Origin: Acidobacteriota bacterium
GTDB taxonomy: Bacteria > Acidobacteriota > Vicinamibacteria > Vicinamibacterales > UBA8438
Direction of reading: 5' to 3'
Assembly: GCA_009861545.1 (NCBI GenBank)
Contig: VXME01000025.1
Location: forward strand, 2,346 to 66,345
DNA length: 64,000 bases
Made by a program: the position numbers and the translations under genes. Below, in pieces: positions 31,047-39,400 of the stretch. Positions within the stretch are counted from its first letter, which is position 1. Every line of letters begins with the position of its first letter. The notes beneath the pieces are model-generated. The model made no database searches. It was given only the letters and a program-made list of their open reading frames with translations, and was not told the origin of the DNA.

Positions 31047-32329
31047 GCGTGTTGTCGAAGGTCTCGGCGGGCGCCATGGTGCTGCTTGCGTTGGTGGGGG
31101 CAAATCCGACCGCCGCGGCCGCGAACGACGGCGGGACGGTCCCCGAGCACCCCACGTTCACCCGCGACGTGCTCCCCATCCTGCAGCGCTCGTGCCAGGT
31201 GTGTCACCGGCCCGACATGTTCACACCCATGTCGCTCCTCACCTACGAGGAGGTGCGACCGTGGGCGCGCTCCATCAAGCAGCGCGTCGAGGCGCGCGTG
31301 ATGCCGCCCTGGTTCGCCGACCGTACGGTGGGGAGGTATCGCGACGACCCCTCGCTGAACGACACCGAGATCGCCACCGTCGCGCGCTGGGTCGACCAGG
31401 GCGCTCCGCGCGGCAACCCCGCGGACGCGCCACCGCCGGTCGCATGGGCGGCCGTCGACACTTGGTACCACGGGGAGGAGCCGGACCTGGTGGTCACCAG
31501 CCCGCCTGTCGTGGTGCCCCCCAACTCGATCGAGACCTATCCGGAACCCGAGATGGAGACCGGCCTGACCGAGGACCGCTACATCAAGTGGATCCAGGTG
31601 ATGCCCGGCGAGTCGCGCGTCGTCCACCACGTGCTGGTGTACGCCGTGCGGGACGAGGAAGACGAGTCGGCCGGCGGCGGCCCCCGCGGCGTGCGCGAGC
31701 TGCTCGCCAACCGGGCGCGCGGCGACTTCGTCGGCGACTGGTTCGAGGACGGCTACGCGCGGCTGCTCCGCAAGGAAGACCGGATCCGGCTGCAGCTCCA
31801 CTACCTGCCGGACGACGAGCGGAGCTTCACCGACCGGACCAGCGTGGGCATCAAGTTCTACCCGCCGGGGTACGAGCCGGCCTACGTCGTCACGACCAAG
31901 GCGGTGTCCAACCGCGATGACCTGATCATTCCGCCCGGCGAGGCCAACGCGCGCAGCGACGCCTACTTCACCCTGCCCGAGCCGACCCGGATCATCAGCT
32001 TCCAGCCGCACATGCACTACCGCGGCAAGGCGATGACTCTGGAGGCGATCCGCCCGGATGCCGGGCGGCCGGAACTGCTGACCGACATCGACCGGTTCGC
32101 GTGGGACTGGCAGCCTACCTACGTGTACGAGACCCCGTTGACCCTGCCGGCCGGGACCGTCATGCACGTGACCGCGTACCACGACAACTCGACCGCCAAC
32201 CGGGTCAACCCCGACCCGACCGCGGCGGTCGGCTGGGGGCAACGGACCATCGACGAGATGAACATCGGCTGGCTGGACTACTTCCACATCTCGGAGGAGG
32301 AGTACGCCGCGCTGCAGGACGAGGAATAG
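31043..32329 (+). CDS. exported cytochrome c (CxxCH) fused to a PHM/DBH-like copper-monooxygenase-like domain (paralog)
   Basis: The GTG overlaps the upstream TGA. 'FTRDVLPILQRSCQVCHRPDMFTPMSLLTYEEVRPWARSIK' has CxxCH at 31193-31207. 'VVHHVLVY' and 'FQPHMHYRGKAM' are present. Collinear with 28684..30129. Confidence 0.7.
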   Translation: MSVLSKVSAGAMVLLALVGANPTAAAANDGGTVPEHPTFTRDVLPILQRSCQVCHRPDMFTPMSLLTYEEVRPWARSIKQRVEARVMPPWFADRTVGRYRDDPSLNDTEIATVARWVDQGAPRGNPADAPPPVAWAAVDTWYHGEEPDLVVTSPPVVVPPNSIETYPEPEMETGLTEDRYIKWIQVMPGESRVVHHVLVYAVRDEEDESAGGGPRGVRELLANRARGDFVGDWFEDGYARLLRKEDRIRLQLHYLPDDERSFTDRTSVGIKFYPPGYEPAYVVTTKAVSNRDDLIIPPGEANARSDAYFTLPEPTRIISFQPHMHYRGKAMTLEAIRPDAGRPELLTDIDRFAWDWQPTYVYETPLTLPAGTVMHVTAYHDNSTANRVNPDPTAAVGWGQRTIDEMNIGWLDYFHISEEEYAALQDEE

Positions 32330-32332
32330 GTC

Positions 32333-32842
32333 GTGCCGCGAGGCTCCCTCGTCCTCTCGCTGGCTGCCGCGGTCGTTTTGCCTGCTGCCGCGGTCGCCAC
32401 ACTTGCCGTGCCCGCTGCCGCGTCGCTGCTCGCGGCCCAACCGCGCCACCCCGTCTACCTGATATACGACGGCTTCGTCCGCAACGCCGATGGGGCCCTG
32501 ACGCTGGCCTTCGGCTACCACAACGTGAACCGCGTCGAGGTTGCGCTCGACGGGGAGGACAACGCCTTCCTTCCGGGTCCGGCCGACCGCGGCCAGCCCA
32601 CCGTGTTCCTGCCGGGGCGGCAGCGATTCGCCTGCGTGCTGGTCGTGCCCGAGGTGTTCGACGGCCGGCTGCAGTGGCAGGTCCGCTTCGCCGGTCACGA
32701 GTCGGTGACGACCGCGCGCGTACTGGATCCCCTGTACGCGCTCGAAGAAGCGAGCGCCGAGCAGGCGGTCGAGGGAATCGAACTGGACGGCGCGCCGCAG
32801 GGAATCTGCCTGGAGCGGGACGCCATGAGTGAACGGCGGTAA
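32333..32842 (+). CDS. secreted hypothetical protein (paralog of N-terminal domain of 30126..31046)
   Basis: Starts 3 nt after the upstream stop. 'YDGFVRNADGALTLAFGYHNVN...PGPADRGQPTVFLPGRQRF' aligns with the 30126 product. Confidence 0.6.
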   Translation: MPRGSLVLSLAAAVVLPAAAVATLAVPAAASLLAAQPRHPVYLIYDGFVRNADGALTLAFGYHNVNRVEVALDGEDNAFLPGPADRGQPTVFLPGRQRFACVLVVPEVFDGRLQWQVRFAGHESVTTARVLDPLYALEEASAEQAVEGIELDGAPQGICLERDAMSERR

Positions 32843-32863
32843 GTGTCGCGCAGTCCTTGCGAC
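32831..32863. repeat. 33-nt direct repeat, copy 1 (overlaps stop codon of 32333..32842)
   Basis: gaacggcggtaagtgtcgcgcagTccttgcgac. It contains the short inverted repeat GTCGC...GCGAC. Confidence 0.8.
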
Positions 32864-32903
32864 GAGGTCAACGGCTAGGAGTTCTTCTGGGACCACGGCG
32901 AGC

Positions 32904-32936
32904 GAACGGCGGTAAGTGTCGCGCAGCCCTTGCGAC
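32904..32936. repeat. 33-nt direct repeat, copy 2
   Basis: gaacggcggtaagtgtcgcgcagCccttgcgac. It matches copy 1 at 32/33 positions, lies 40 nt downstream of it, and sits just upstream of the TA pair at 32965. Confidence 0.8.
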
Positions 32937-32964
32937 CCACTGTCAGGAAGCGTAATCTCGACAC

Positions 32965-33165
32965 ATGCCCAACGTGGCAGATATCGAGTCGGCGGTTGCT
33001 CGCCTCTCGCCAGCCGATCTCGCGGAGTTTCGGGCTTGGTTTGCCAGGTTCGACGCTGCACAGTGGGACGTACAGATAAAACAAGACGCATCAAGCGGCC
33101 TGCTCGACGCGCTCGCGGATGAAGCAATCGAGGATCTCCGAGCGGGCCGGGCGACCGACCTGTGA
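32965..33165 (+). CDS. putative type II antitoxin (small acidic protein)
   Basis: 66 aa, 'IESAVARLSPADLAEFRAWFARFDAAQWDVQIKQD'. Its stop overlaps the start of the downstream toxin-like ORF (GTGA). Confidence 0.6.
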   Translation: MPNVADIESAVARLSPADLAEFRAWFARFDAAQWDVQIKQDASSGLLDALADEAIEDLRAGRATDL

Positions 33166-33422
33166 AGCATCGCGCCACCCGTCGGTTCTGGCGCTCCTAC
33201 GACGAACTTCCCGAGCAACTCCAGCGATTGGCCGACGAGTGCTACGAACGGCTCCGCCGGAATCCTCGCCACCCGTCGCTGCATCTGAAGAGGACCGGGC
33301 GGTTCTGGTCTGTTCGCATCGGTCTCCGACATCGTGCGCTTGGCGTGGAGGACGATGACACCGTGGCATGGTTCTGGATCGGGACGCACGCGCAGTACGA
33401 CCGACTGCTGAAGCGGACATGA
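33162..33422 (+). CDS. putative ParE/RelE-superfamily-like toxin
   Basis: 86 aa, 'FWRSYDELPEQLQRLADECYERLRRNPRHPSLHLKRTGRFWSVRIGLRHRALGVEDDDTVAWFWIGTHAQYDRLL' matches the ParE-like toxin pattern as I recall it. Confidence 0.6.
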   Translation: MKHRATRRFWRSYDELPEQLQRLADECYERLRRNPRHPSLHLKRTGRFWSVRIGLRHRALGVEDDDTVAWFWIGTHAQYDRLLKRT

Positions 33423-33455
33423 CGGGGTACACTCCTTCGACACGGGAACACCCTC

Positions 33456-33842
33456 ATGGGCCGGATCGCAGTCGAAGCGACGATCGAGAACGGGACCGAC
33501 GCGACCTTCCGCATCCGTTGCGATGCGCTGGTCGACACGGGCGCTGCCTACCTGACGCTCCCGAACGTCTGGCGGGACCGCCTGGGAACGCTCACGACCC
33601 TCGATACGGTCGCCGTCGAGACGGCGACGCAGGCGGTCGTCAGCGGCGACATCTGTGGACCGGTTCTCCTCCGGATGGAGCATTTCCGGCCGGTTCTGAC
33701 CGAGGTGCTGTTCATCGAGATGGACCCGGCCGACGGTCAGTACGAGCCGCTGATAGGCTACATCCCGCTCGAGCAGGCGCAGGCCGTCGTCGACCTGGTG
33801 GGACATCGTCTGGTCAAGGTGAGCCGGGTCGACCTGAAATGA
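33456..33842 (+). CDS. retropepsin-like (clan AA) aspartic peptidase domain protein
   Basis: The 'ALVDTGAAYLTLP' D-T-G-A active-site motif sits in a 128-aa single-domain protein. Confidence 0.7.
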   Translation: MGRIAVEATIENGTDATFRIRCDALVDTGAAYLTLPNVWRDRLGTLTTLDTVAVETATQAVVSGDICGPVLLRMEHFRPVLTEVLFIEMDPADGQYEPLIGYIPLEQAQAVVDLVGHRLVKVSRVDLK

Positions 33843-33887
33843 CCTCGGCCAAGTGCTCGCGAACGACCGCACGGGAGTACGGATACG

Positions 33888-35642
33888 CTATCGCGATCCC
33901 GCCTCGTACCACGCCGTCGACGCGCCGGCCGGAGCATTGCCGCTGATGTGGTCCGCCATCCGCCGCACGAGCTCGGCGTTGGTGAACGGCGACCACAGAT
34001 GGCCCTTCATCGGGCGGCCGTGCACGAACTCGCCGCCGTAGTGCGGATCGGTCGTGCCTTCGAGGAACTCCTCCAGCAGGTACACCGCGTACGGCAGGTA
34101 GAACTGGTCCATCTCGGGGTTGTAGATCCGGATCTTGCCGACGAGATCCGGACCGATGCGCGGCCAGTTCTCTTCCAGGTAGTGCCGCAGGTCGTAGCCG
34201 TTGTCGCGCATATGGTGCGCCACCTCGCGGTCGATGACGCCGGTCTCCAGGTCCCATAGGCGGCGCGGATAGCCGTCCGCGTCGGTCGGCCCGTACGCGG
34301 CGTTCCAGGCGTCGATCTGCCCCCCGGATCGGCCGCGCGAGCCTTGGGCCCGCTCGAGTTGGCTCAACTGCCGGACGCTGCCGACCGGTTGCCCCTCGAT
34401 GGTCCGCTGGAACATCCGCTCCGGGGCGCCCGGTACCGCATCCGGGACCAGGAACGCGCTCTCGTCCTCGTAGATGTCGATCAACTGGTAGCGGCGGAAG
34501 TCGACGGAATCGGGGTAGAAGGTCCACGTGCCGCCGTAGAAGGTCGGGTAGTGGATCTGCGAAGCCAGCGAGATCCAACCGCCGGTGGAGCCGCCGGTGA
34601 TCACCCGGGCGTAGGGCTCGCCGATCATCCGGAAGTTCTCTTCGAGGTACGGGATCAGCTCCTGGTGGATGGCGTCGCCGTAAGGGCCGTTGTTCGCCGA
34701 GTTCAGGCCGTAGGAGTCGTCGAAGAAGGGTGTGGGGTGCTGAATCGTCACCGCGATCAGGCGCGGGAAGTCGTCGCCCGTCCACGCCCGCTGGAAGTCG
34801 TACCCCGACTCGCGCATCCCGCCCGACTCGCGCATCATCTGCGCGAACAGTTGCGGCTCTCCCGAGGGCGGCTCCGCCGTGAAGCCGAAGGCGGGCTCCA
34901 GCTTGAAGTGGTCGGCCTCGAACACCACCGGGTAGCGCATCTCGGGGCTCTCGTCGTAGCCGCGCGGCAGCAGGACCACGGCGCCGAGATACATGGGGTG
35001 CCCCCACCAGTCGCTCAGGATTCGGCTCCGTATCTTGACGCGCCTGACCCACGCGGTGTCCGGCGGCGTCTCGATGGGCGGAATCTCGCCCGTCAGTTCC
35101 AGTTGGATCGGCGTGTCCGAGCCCGGATCCACGCGAACGCGTTGCGGTGCGCTGATCAGGTTCCCCGGGGAGAACGCCCAGCGCTGGCCCTCCCACTGGT
35201 CCTGCGGCGCCCAGACGACGTGGCCGTCCCGGCGGCGGTACTCCGTGTACACGTGGAGCAGAGCCTGCACCCAATAGTCGCCCGACGGCAGCTCCCCCAG
35301 GCGCGCGTAGGGATAGCCGTCCGCCGCGGCGTCGATGACCATGGTCTCGCCCGGTTCGACATCGGCCACGTCCGTCGCGAAGAAGGGCACGCGGCCATCA
35401 CGCTGCCGCGCCGAGTTGTAGGCCGCAATCCGGGGCTCCGGGTCCGCCGACGGGCTGATTCCCAGGAAGAGGCGTCCGGCGAGCGGGCCTGGAACAAGAC
35501 CGGCTGCGTAGCTGACCTCGATGCGGAGCCGGGAGGAGACGCCGCCCTCATCGACCGCGGCACGCCGCATCGGAGCACATGCCGTCAGCAGCACGGCCAA
35601 GGCCAGCGCGGCATATCGAATCCCGGTAGACGCCAGACGCAT
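33888..35642 (-). CDS. lipoprotein, alpha/beta-hydrolase 'putative esterase' family with N-terminal beta-rich domain
   Basis: Lipobox 'LLTAC' and a nucleophile-elbow-like 'ITGGSTGGW'. Confidence 0.7.
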   Translation of the reverse strand: MRLASTGIRYAALALAVLLTACAPMRRAAVDEGGVSSRLRIEVSYAAGLVPGPLAGRLFLGISPSADPEPRIAAYNSARQRDGRVPFFATDVADVEPGETMVIDAAADGYPYARLGELPSGDYWVQALLHVYTEYRRRDGHVVWAPQDQWEGQRWAFSPGNLISAPQRVRVDPGSDTPIQLELTGEIPPIETPPDTAWVRRVKIRSRILSDWWGHPMYLGAVVLLPRGYDESPEMRYPVVFEADHFKLEPAFGFTAEPPSGEPQLFAQMMRESGGMRESGYDFQRAWTGDDFPRLIAVTIQHPTPFFDDSYGLNSANNGPYGDAIHQELIPYLEENFRMIGEPYARVITGGSTGGWISLASQIHYPTFYGGTWTFYPDSVDFRRYQLIDIYEDESAFLVPDAVPGAPERMFQRTIEGQPVGSVRQLSQLERAQGSRGRSGGQIDAWNAAYGPTDADGYPRRLWDLETGVIDREVAHHMRDNGYDLRHYLEENWPRIGPDLVGKIRIYNPEMDQFYLPYAVYLLEEFLEGTTDPHYGGEFVHGRPMKGHLWSPFTNAELVRRMADHISGNAPAGASTAWYEAGSR

Positions 35643-35693
35643 GATCTTCTCCCGTTGCGTGATGGCCGCGCGGCTTGAGAAGCGATCGGCCAG

Positions 35694-36260
35694 TCAATCA
35701 CCATCAATCGAATCGACCGCGTCATCGAGGCGCGGGAGTAGATCCGACTGACCGAGGGCCTCCTCCAACTGGCCGAGAATATCGCGCACCTCCGTCAGGT
35801 CCACATCGCCGCTCGCCAACAGCGAGCGCAGGTCGTCCAGGTCCTTCCCCCGCCCCGCGAGCACCTTCATCACGGCGAGGTCCGTCGCCTGCGCCACCGG
35901 CACGTCCACGCCGTCAATCGCGACACGGCTGGCGCGCTCGAGCGTCAGCGCTTCCAATCCGGACCCGGCGAGCACGAGATCGACCTCCATTCCCGAAGCG
36001 TGGACCAATGGAACGACTGCTCCCCTCTCAATGAGCTGCTCCGCGATGTCGGGGTAGCGGTGAGTCAGCCCCTCCGATTCGAGCGCCTGGACGAGCGTAC
36101 CAAGTCGTGCAGGCGCCACCTGCACAGTAACGTCGACGTCCTGTGTCGCGCGCGGGCTGCCGCGCACGGCAACAGCCTGCGCTCCGAAGACGAACCAGGA
36201 AAGCCCCTGCCCGTCGAGCACGCGGCGAAGGATGCGGAGGACGTCAGCGACGGCCGACAT
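35694..36260 (-). CDS. nucleotidyltransferase-fold protein (MNT/DUF-type, TA-associated-like)
   Basis: Start moved to 'MSAVADVLRILRRVLDGQGLSWFVFGAQAVAVRGSPRATQDVDVTV', a G-x-x-A...DVDV pattern typical of minimal NTases. Confidence 0.6.
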   Translation of the reverse strand: MSAVADVLRILRRVLDGQGLSWFVFGAQAVAVRGSPRATQDVDVTVQVAPARLGTLVQALESEGLTHRYPDIAEQLIERGAVVPLVHASGMEVDLVLAGSGLEALTLERASRVAIDGVDVPVAQATDLAVMKVLAGRGKDLDDLRSLLASGDVDLTEVRDILGQLEEALGQSDLLPRLDDAVDSIDGD

Positions 36261-36489
36261 GGGCGGCGCGATCGAGCAGCGCGCGGACGCGCTGGTGATT
36301 GGTGAGGTCGGCGCGACGCATCGCCTCGTTCGGTGACTCGGGCCTGCCGGTCCGAGTTGCCTCGTACAGATCGATAGCCAGCCGAACCTTCTGTGCAACG
36401 GGAAGTCTCGCCCGGTGCCTGCGCGCCAGCCGTTCCGGCAGCCCCCAGTCACGGCGGGCGTAGCTCCGCAACTCGTCGTGGTCAAGCAA
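36244..36489 (-). CDS. small hypothetical protein upstream of NTase (possible partner)
   Basis: Candidate TTG start at 36489, just after the stop of the upstream gene. It overlaps the NTase start by 17 nt. No recognisable family. Confidence 0.3.
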   Translation of the reverse strand: MLDHDELRSYARRDWGLPERLARRHRARLPVAQKVRLAIDLYEATRTGRPESPNEAMRRADLTNHQRVRALLDRAAHVGRR

Positions 36490-37783
36490 ACCGCGCCTCC
36501 ATCTCGCGCCGCGCCACGACAGCGTCGACGTTCGGATCGAGCTCCACGTCGTCCCACCGCACGACCTCGCCCGCCGCAACACCCTGCTTCAGCACCACGC
36601 CGTGCGCGAGCCCGATCGGCAGCGCGCCGCGCTCGAGCGACGCCCGCGCCGGAAGCAGCTTGCCGTAGACGGTGAACCCGCCTTCCCCGTCGAGGGTCTC
36701 CCCCGCCGCGAGATCGCGCTTCGCGGTGGCCGCCGCGTCGCCGACGAAGCTGCGGGTGGCGCCGGTCGGCTTCGCGAGTAGCCCGGCGGCCAGAATCGAC
36801 ACGTTCAGCTCCAGCCCGATGAGATGGAACGGCTTGTACATCGCCGAGTAGCGGCCGGTCGCGTCCGTGTTCATGCCGTACTGGCGGAAGCAGCCGGCCG
36901 TGTAGTCGTTGGGCGCCTCGATGACGACGTAGACACCCCACCGCAGGTCGTTCGGGACCGGCCGGCCGTCGCGCTCGAGCGACGACACCACCTCGACCTG
37001 TCCCTTGTGGTGAAGCTGGCCGCCGACCTTCGCGGGCCGCAGCACGTGCGCGAGGTCCTCCTTGCCGCACGGCGGGAATCGCAGGCCGTCGGGCGGTGGC
37101 GTGAGGCCGGTCGCATTGGCGATGGCGGCCATCTCGATGGCGGACTTCGTGCCGTCGAGGAACGAGTTGAACATCCGGCTGTTCATCCCGGCCGCCGCGG
37201 CCTGCTCGGCGGTGAGTCCGTAGTGCTCCCACACCGTGTCCGGCGTCGAGGCGTGGTAGGACGGCAGGTACTTCGTGCCCTTCCCTGCCGCCACGACCTC
37301 GAAGCCGCACGAGCGCGCCCATTCCACCAGCTCGCAGGTGAGGGCCGGCTGATCGCCGTAGGCCATCGTGTAGACCACGCCCGCCTCGCGCGCCTCGGCG
37401 GCGAGCAGGGGTCCGGCCAGCACGTCGGCCTCGACGTTGACCATCACGATGTGCCGGCGCGCCGCGAAGGCGGCGCGGGCGTGCGCGATGCCCGCCGCGG
37501 GGTCGCCGGTCGCCTCGACCACGACGTCGACGCCACCCTCGCCGATGGCTTCGAGTGCGTCCGCGGTGAACCGCGTCCCCGCGATGCGCTGGGCGCTCCA
37601 GCCCACCGCGCGGCAGGCGGCGCGGGCGCGGTCCGGATCGAGATCCGCGATCACGCGCACCTCGAGTCCGATCGAGGACGGCGCCTGACTCAGGAACATC
37701 GATCCGAACTTGCCGGCGCCGACGAGCCCGACCCGCACCGGCCGGCCGGCGGCGTGCTCGCGAAGCTGGTCGTAGAGGTACAT
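36482..37783 (-). CDS. NAD(P)-binding oxidoreductase with C-terminal SAF domain (homoserine-dehydrogenase-like, COG4091-type)
   Basis: Start moved to 'MYLYDQLREHAAGRPVRVGLVGAGKFGSMF' (Rossmann). The C-terminus 'GEVVRWDDVEL' is SAF-like. Confidence 0.75.
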   Translation of the reverse strand: MYLYDQLREHAAGRPVRVGLVGAGKFGSMFLSQAPSSIGLEVRVIADLDPDRARAACRAVGWSAQRIAGTRFTADALEAIGEGGVDVVVEATGDPAAGIAHARAAFAARRHIVMVNVEADVLAGPLLAAEAREAGVVYTMAYGDQPALTCELVEWARSCGFEVVAAGKGTKYLPSYHASTPDTVWEHYGLTAEQAAAAGMNSRMFNSFLDGTKSAIEMAAIANATGLTPPPDGLRFPPCGKEDLAHVLRPAKVGGQLHHKGQVEVVSSLERDGRPVPNDLRWGVYVVIEAPNDYTAGCFRQYGMNTDATGRYSAMYKPFHLIGLELNVSILAAGLLAKPTGATRSFVGDAAATAKRDLAAGETLDGEGGFTVYGKLLPARASLERGALPIGLAHGVVLKQGVAAGEVVRWDDVELDPNVDAVVARREMEARFA

Positions 37784-37793
37784 GCCGTGTCGC

Positions 37794-38588
37794 TCAGGCC
37801 GCCGTTCCGGCGCGCGCGAGCTCCGCAAGACAGTCGTCCGCCAGCGGTTCGATCGGCGCGAAGTCACGATGCGCGATCCACGCCGCCCGCTTGAACCGCC
37901 GGATGTGGTTGTCGACGTGGCACAGCGACAGGTACACGATGCTGCGGCCGAACGGGCTGATGTTGGGCGGACTCGCATGCACGAGCGTGGAAGCGAAGAC
38001 GATGATGCTGCCGGGCGGCCCGGTCGGGGCCACGCAGCCGCCCCGCTCGGCGAGCCGCGTCACCGTGGCGCGGTCGAGCGTCCAGAGCGGATAACTCGTC
38101 GTCTCCAGGTCGTGGCCGGCCTCGAACACCCCCTGCTTGTGACTTCCCGGCAGGAACAGCAACGGCCCGTTGGCGGCGGTCACCTCGTCGAGGAACACGG
38201 CGATGTTCATCGCGCGCGGCTCCGGCATCCGATCATCGCGGTGCCAGGTGCCGAAGTCCTGGTGCCACTGCCAGACCTCGCCGTCGAACGCCGCCTTGGC
38301 ATTCACCTTGTACTGGTGCATGTAGACGGGGCCGTCGACGAGTTGCATCACCGGCTCGACCAGCCGGGGGTGGCGCCCGAGGCGGCGGAACGCCTCGTTG
38401 TAGGTGTGCGCGGCGAACGCGGTGCGGGCGACGCCGGTCGACTCGCGCCACACCTCCTCGCGGTCGAGCGCGTAGACCTCGTCCGCGGCGGCCCGCAGCA
38501 GCGCCGCCTCGTCGGCCGAGAAGCGTGACGGGAAGAACAGGTAGCCCTGCTCGTCGAACCGCGCGATCTCCTCGGGAGTCAGCTTCAT
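37794..38588 (-). CDS. phytanoyl-CoA dioxygenase (PhyH) family Fe(II)/2-oxoglutarate dioxygenase, ectoine-hydroxylase-like
   Basis: 'FDEQGYLFFPSRF'. 'VWQWHQDFGTWHRDDRMP' resembles the EctD signature FxWHSDFETWHxEDG(M/L)P. Confidence 0.85.
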   Translation of the reverse strand: MKLTPEEIARFDEQGYLFFPSRFSADEAALLRAAADEVYALDREEVWRESTGVARTAFAAHTYNEAFRRLGRHPRLVEPVMQLVDGPVYMHQYKVNAKAAFDGEVWQWHQDFGTWHRDDRMPEPRAMNIAVFLDEVTAANGPLLFLPGSHKQGVFEAGHDLETTSYPLWTLDRATVTRLAERGGCVAPTGPPGSIIVFASTLVHASPPNISPFGRSIVYLSLCHVDNHIRRFKRAAWIAHRDFAPIEPLADDCLAELARAGTAA

Positions 38589-38617
38589 GACGGTTCTCCC
38601 GGCTTACACTGGGCACC

Positions 38618-38995
38618 ATGCCCAACGCAGCCACCGTCACCAAGTTTACGTGGAACGACATGCCGAAGGAGCGGGTCACCAACCGCATCGACCGCCGCAT
38701 CGTGGCTGGCGAGAGCACGATGGTCGCGCACGTCTATCTGCAGAAGGGCGCGATCGTGCCGGAGCATTCGCACCACAACGAGCAGCTCACCTACGTCCTG
38801 AAGGGCAAGCTCCGGTTCTGGGTCGGCGACGACTTCTCGCAGGTCTTCGACGTCGGCGAGGGCGAGATCCTGCACCTTCCGTCGCACGTACCGCACAAGG
38901 CCGAGGCGCTGGAGGAGACGCTCGACGTCGACATCTTCAGTCCGCCGCGGCAGGACTGGCTGGACCACACGGACGACTACTTCAAGGATCAGTAG
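38618..38995 (+). CDS. cupin domain protein
   Basis: 'GAIVPEHSHHNEQLTYVLKGKLRFWV...GEILHLPSHVPHKAEAL' shows cupin motifs 1 and 2. Confidence 0.85.
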   Translation: MPNAATVTKFTWNDMPKERVTNRIDRRIVAGESTMVAHVYLQKGAIVPEHSHHNEQLTYVLKGKLRFWVGDDFSQVFDVGEGEILHLPSHVPHKAEALEETLDVDIFSPPRQDWLDHTDDYFKDQ

Positions 38996-39400
38996 GAACC
39001 GATGATGTCGATCCGAAAGACCCGGGAGTCGTAGAGGAGTCCTGGCCGCGTGCCTCGACGCCGAGTGCGGCCGGGTTGCGCCCTGGGCTGCGCGCCGGCC
39101 TACCAGACCGGTTGGCGCCAATCATCCAGACAGGAGCGCGACCGCAAACGGCGGCAGCGGCGCACCATCTTGGCTCACTTCGACGACCGACTGCGGTCCA
39201 CCGCCTGCCGCCGGACGCTCTCGACGTGCTATCTTGGCTGAGTGGCTGATTCTGTACCGCCAGCAAGCACGCATGGACGTCCGCCCCGTCGCTCCGGCAC
39301 CAGGGAGGGAGCCGGCGCCTCGGATCGGAAGGTCGGGACGAAGACAGGCGACCGACTTCGTTCACCGGGACACAGCGAGCAGTCGCTGAGCGACGTCCAG

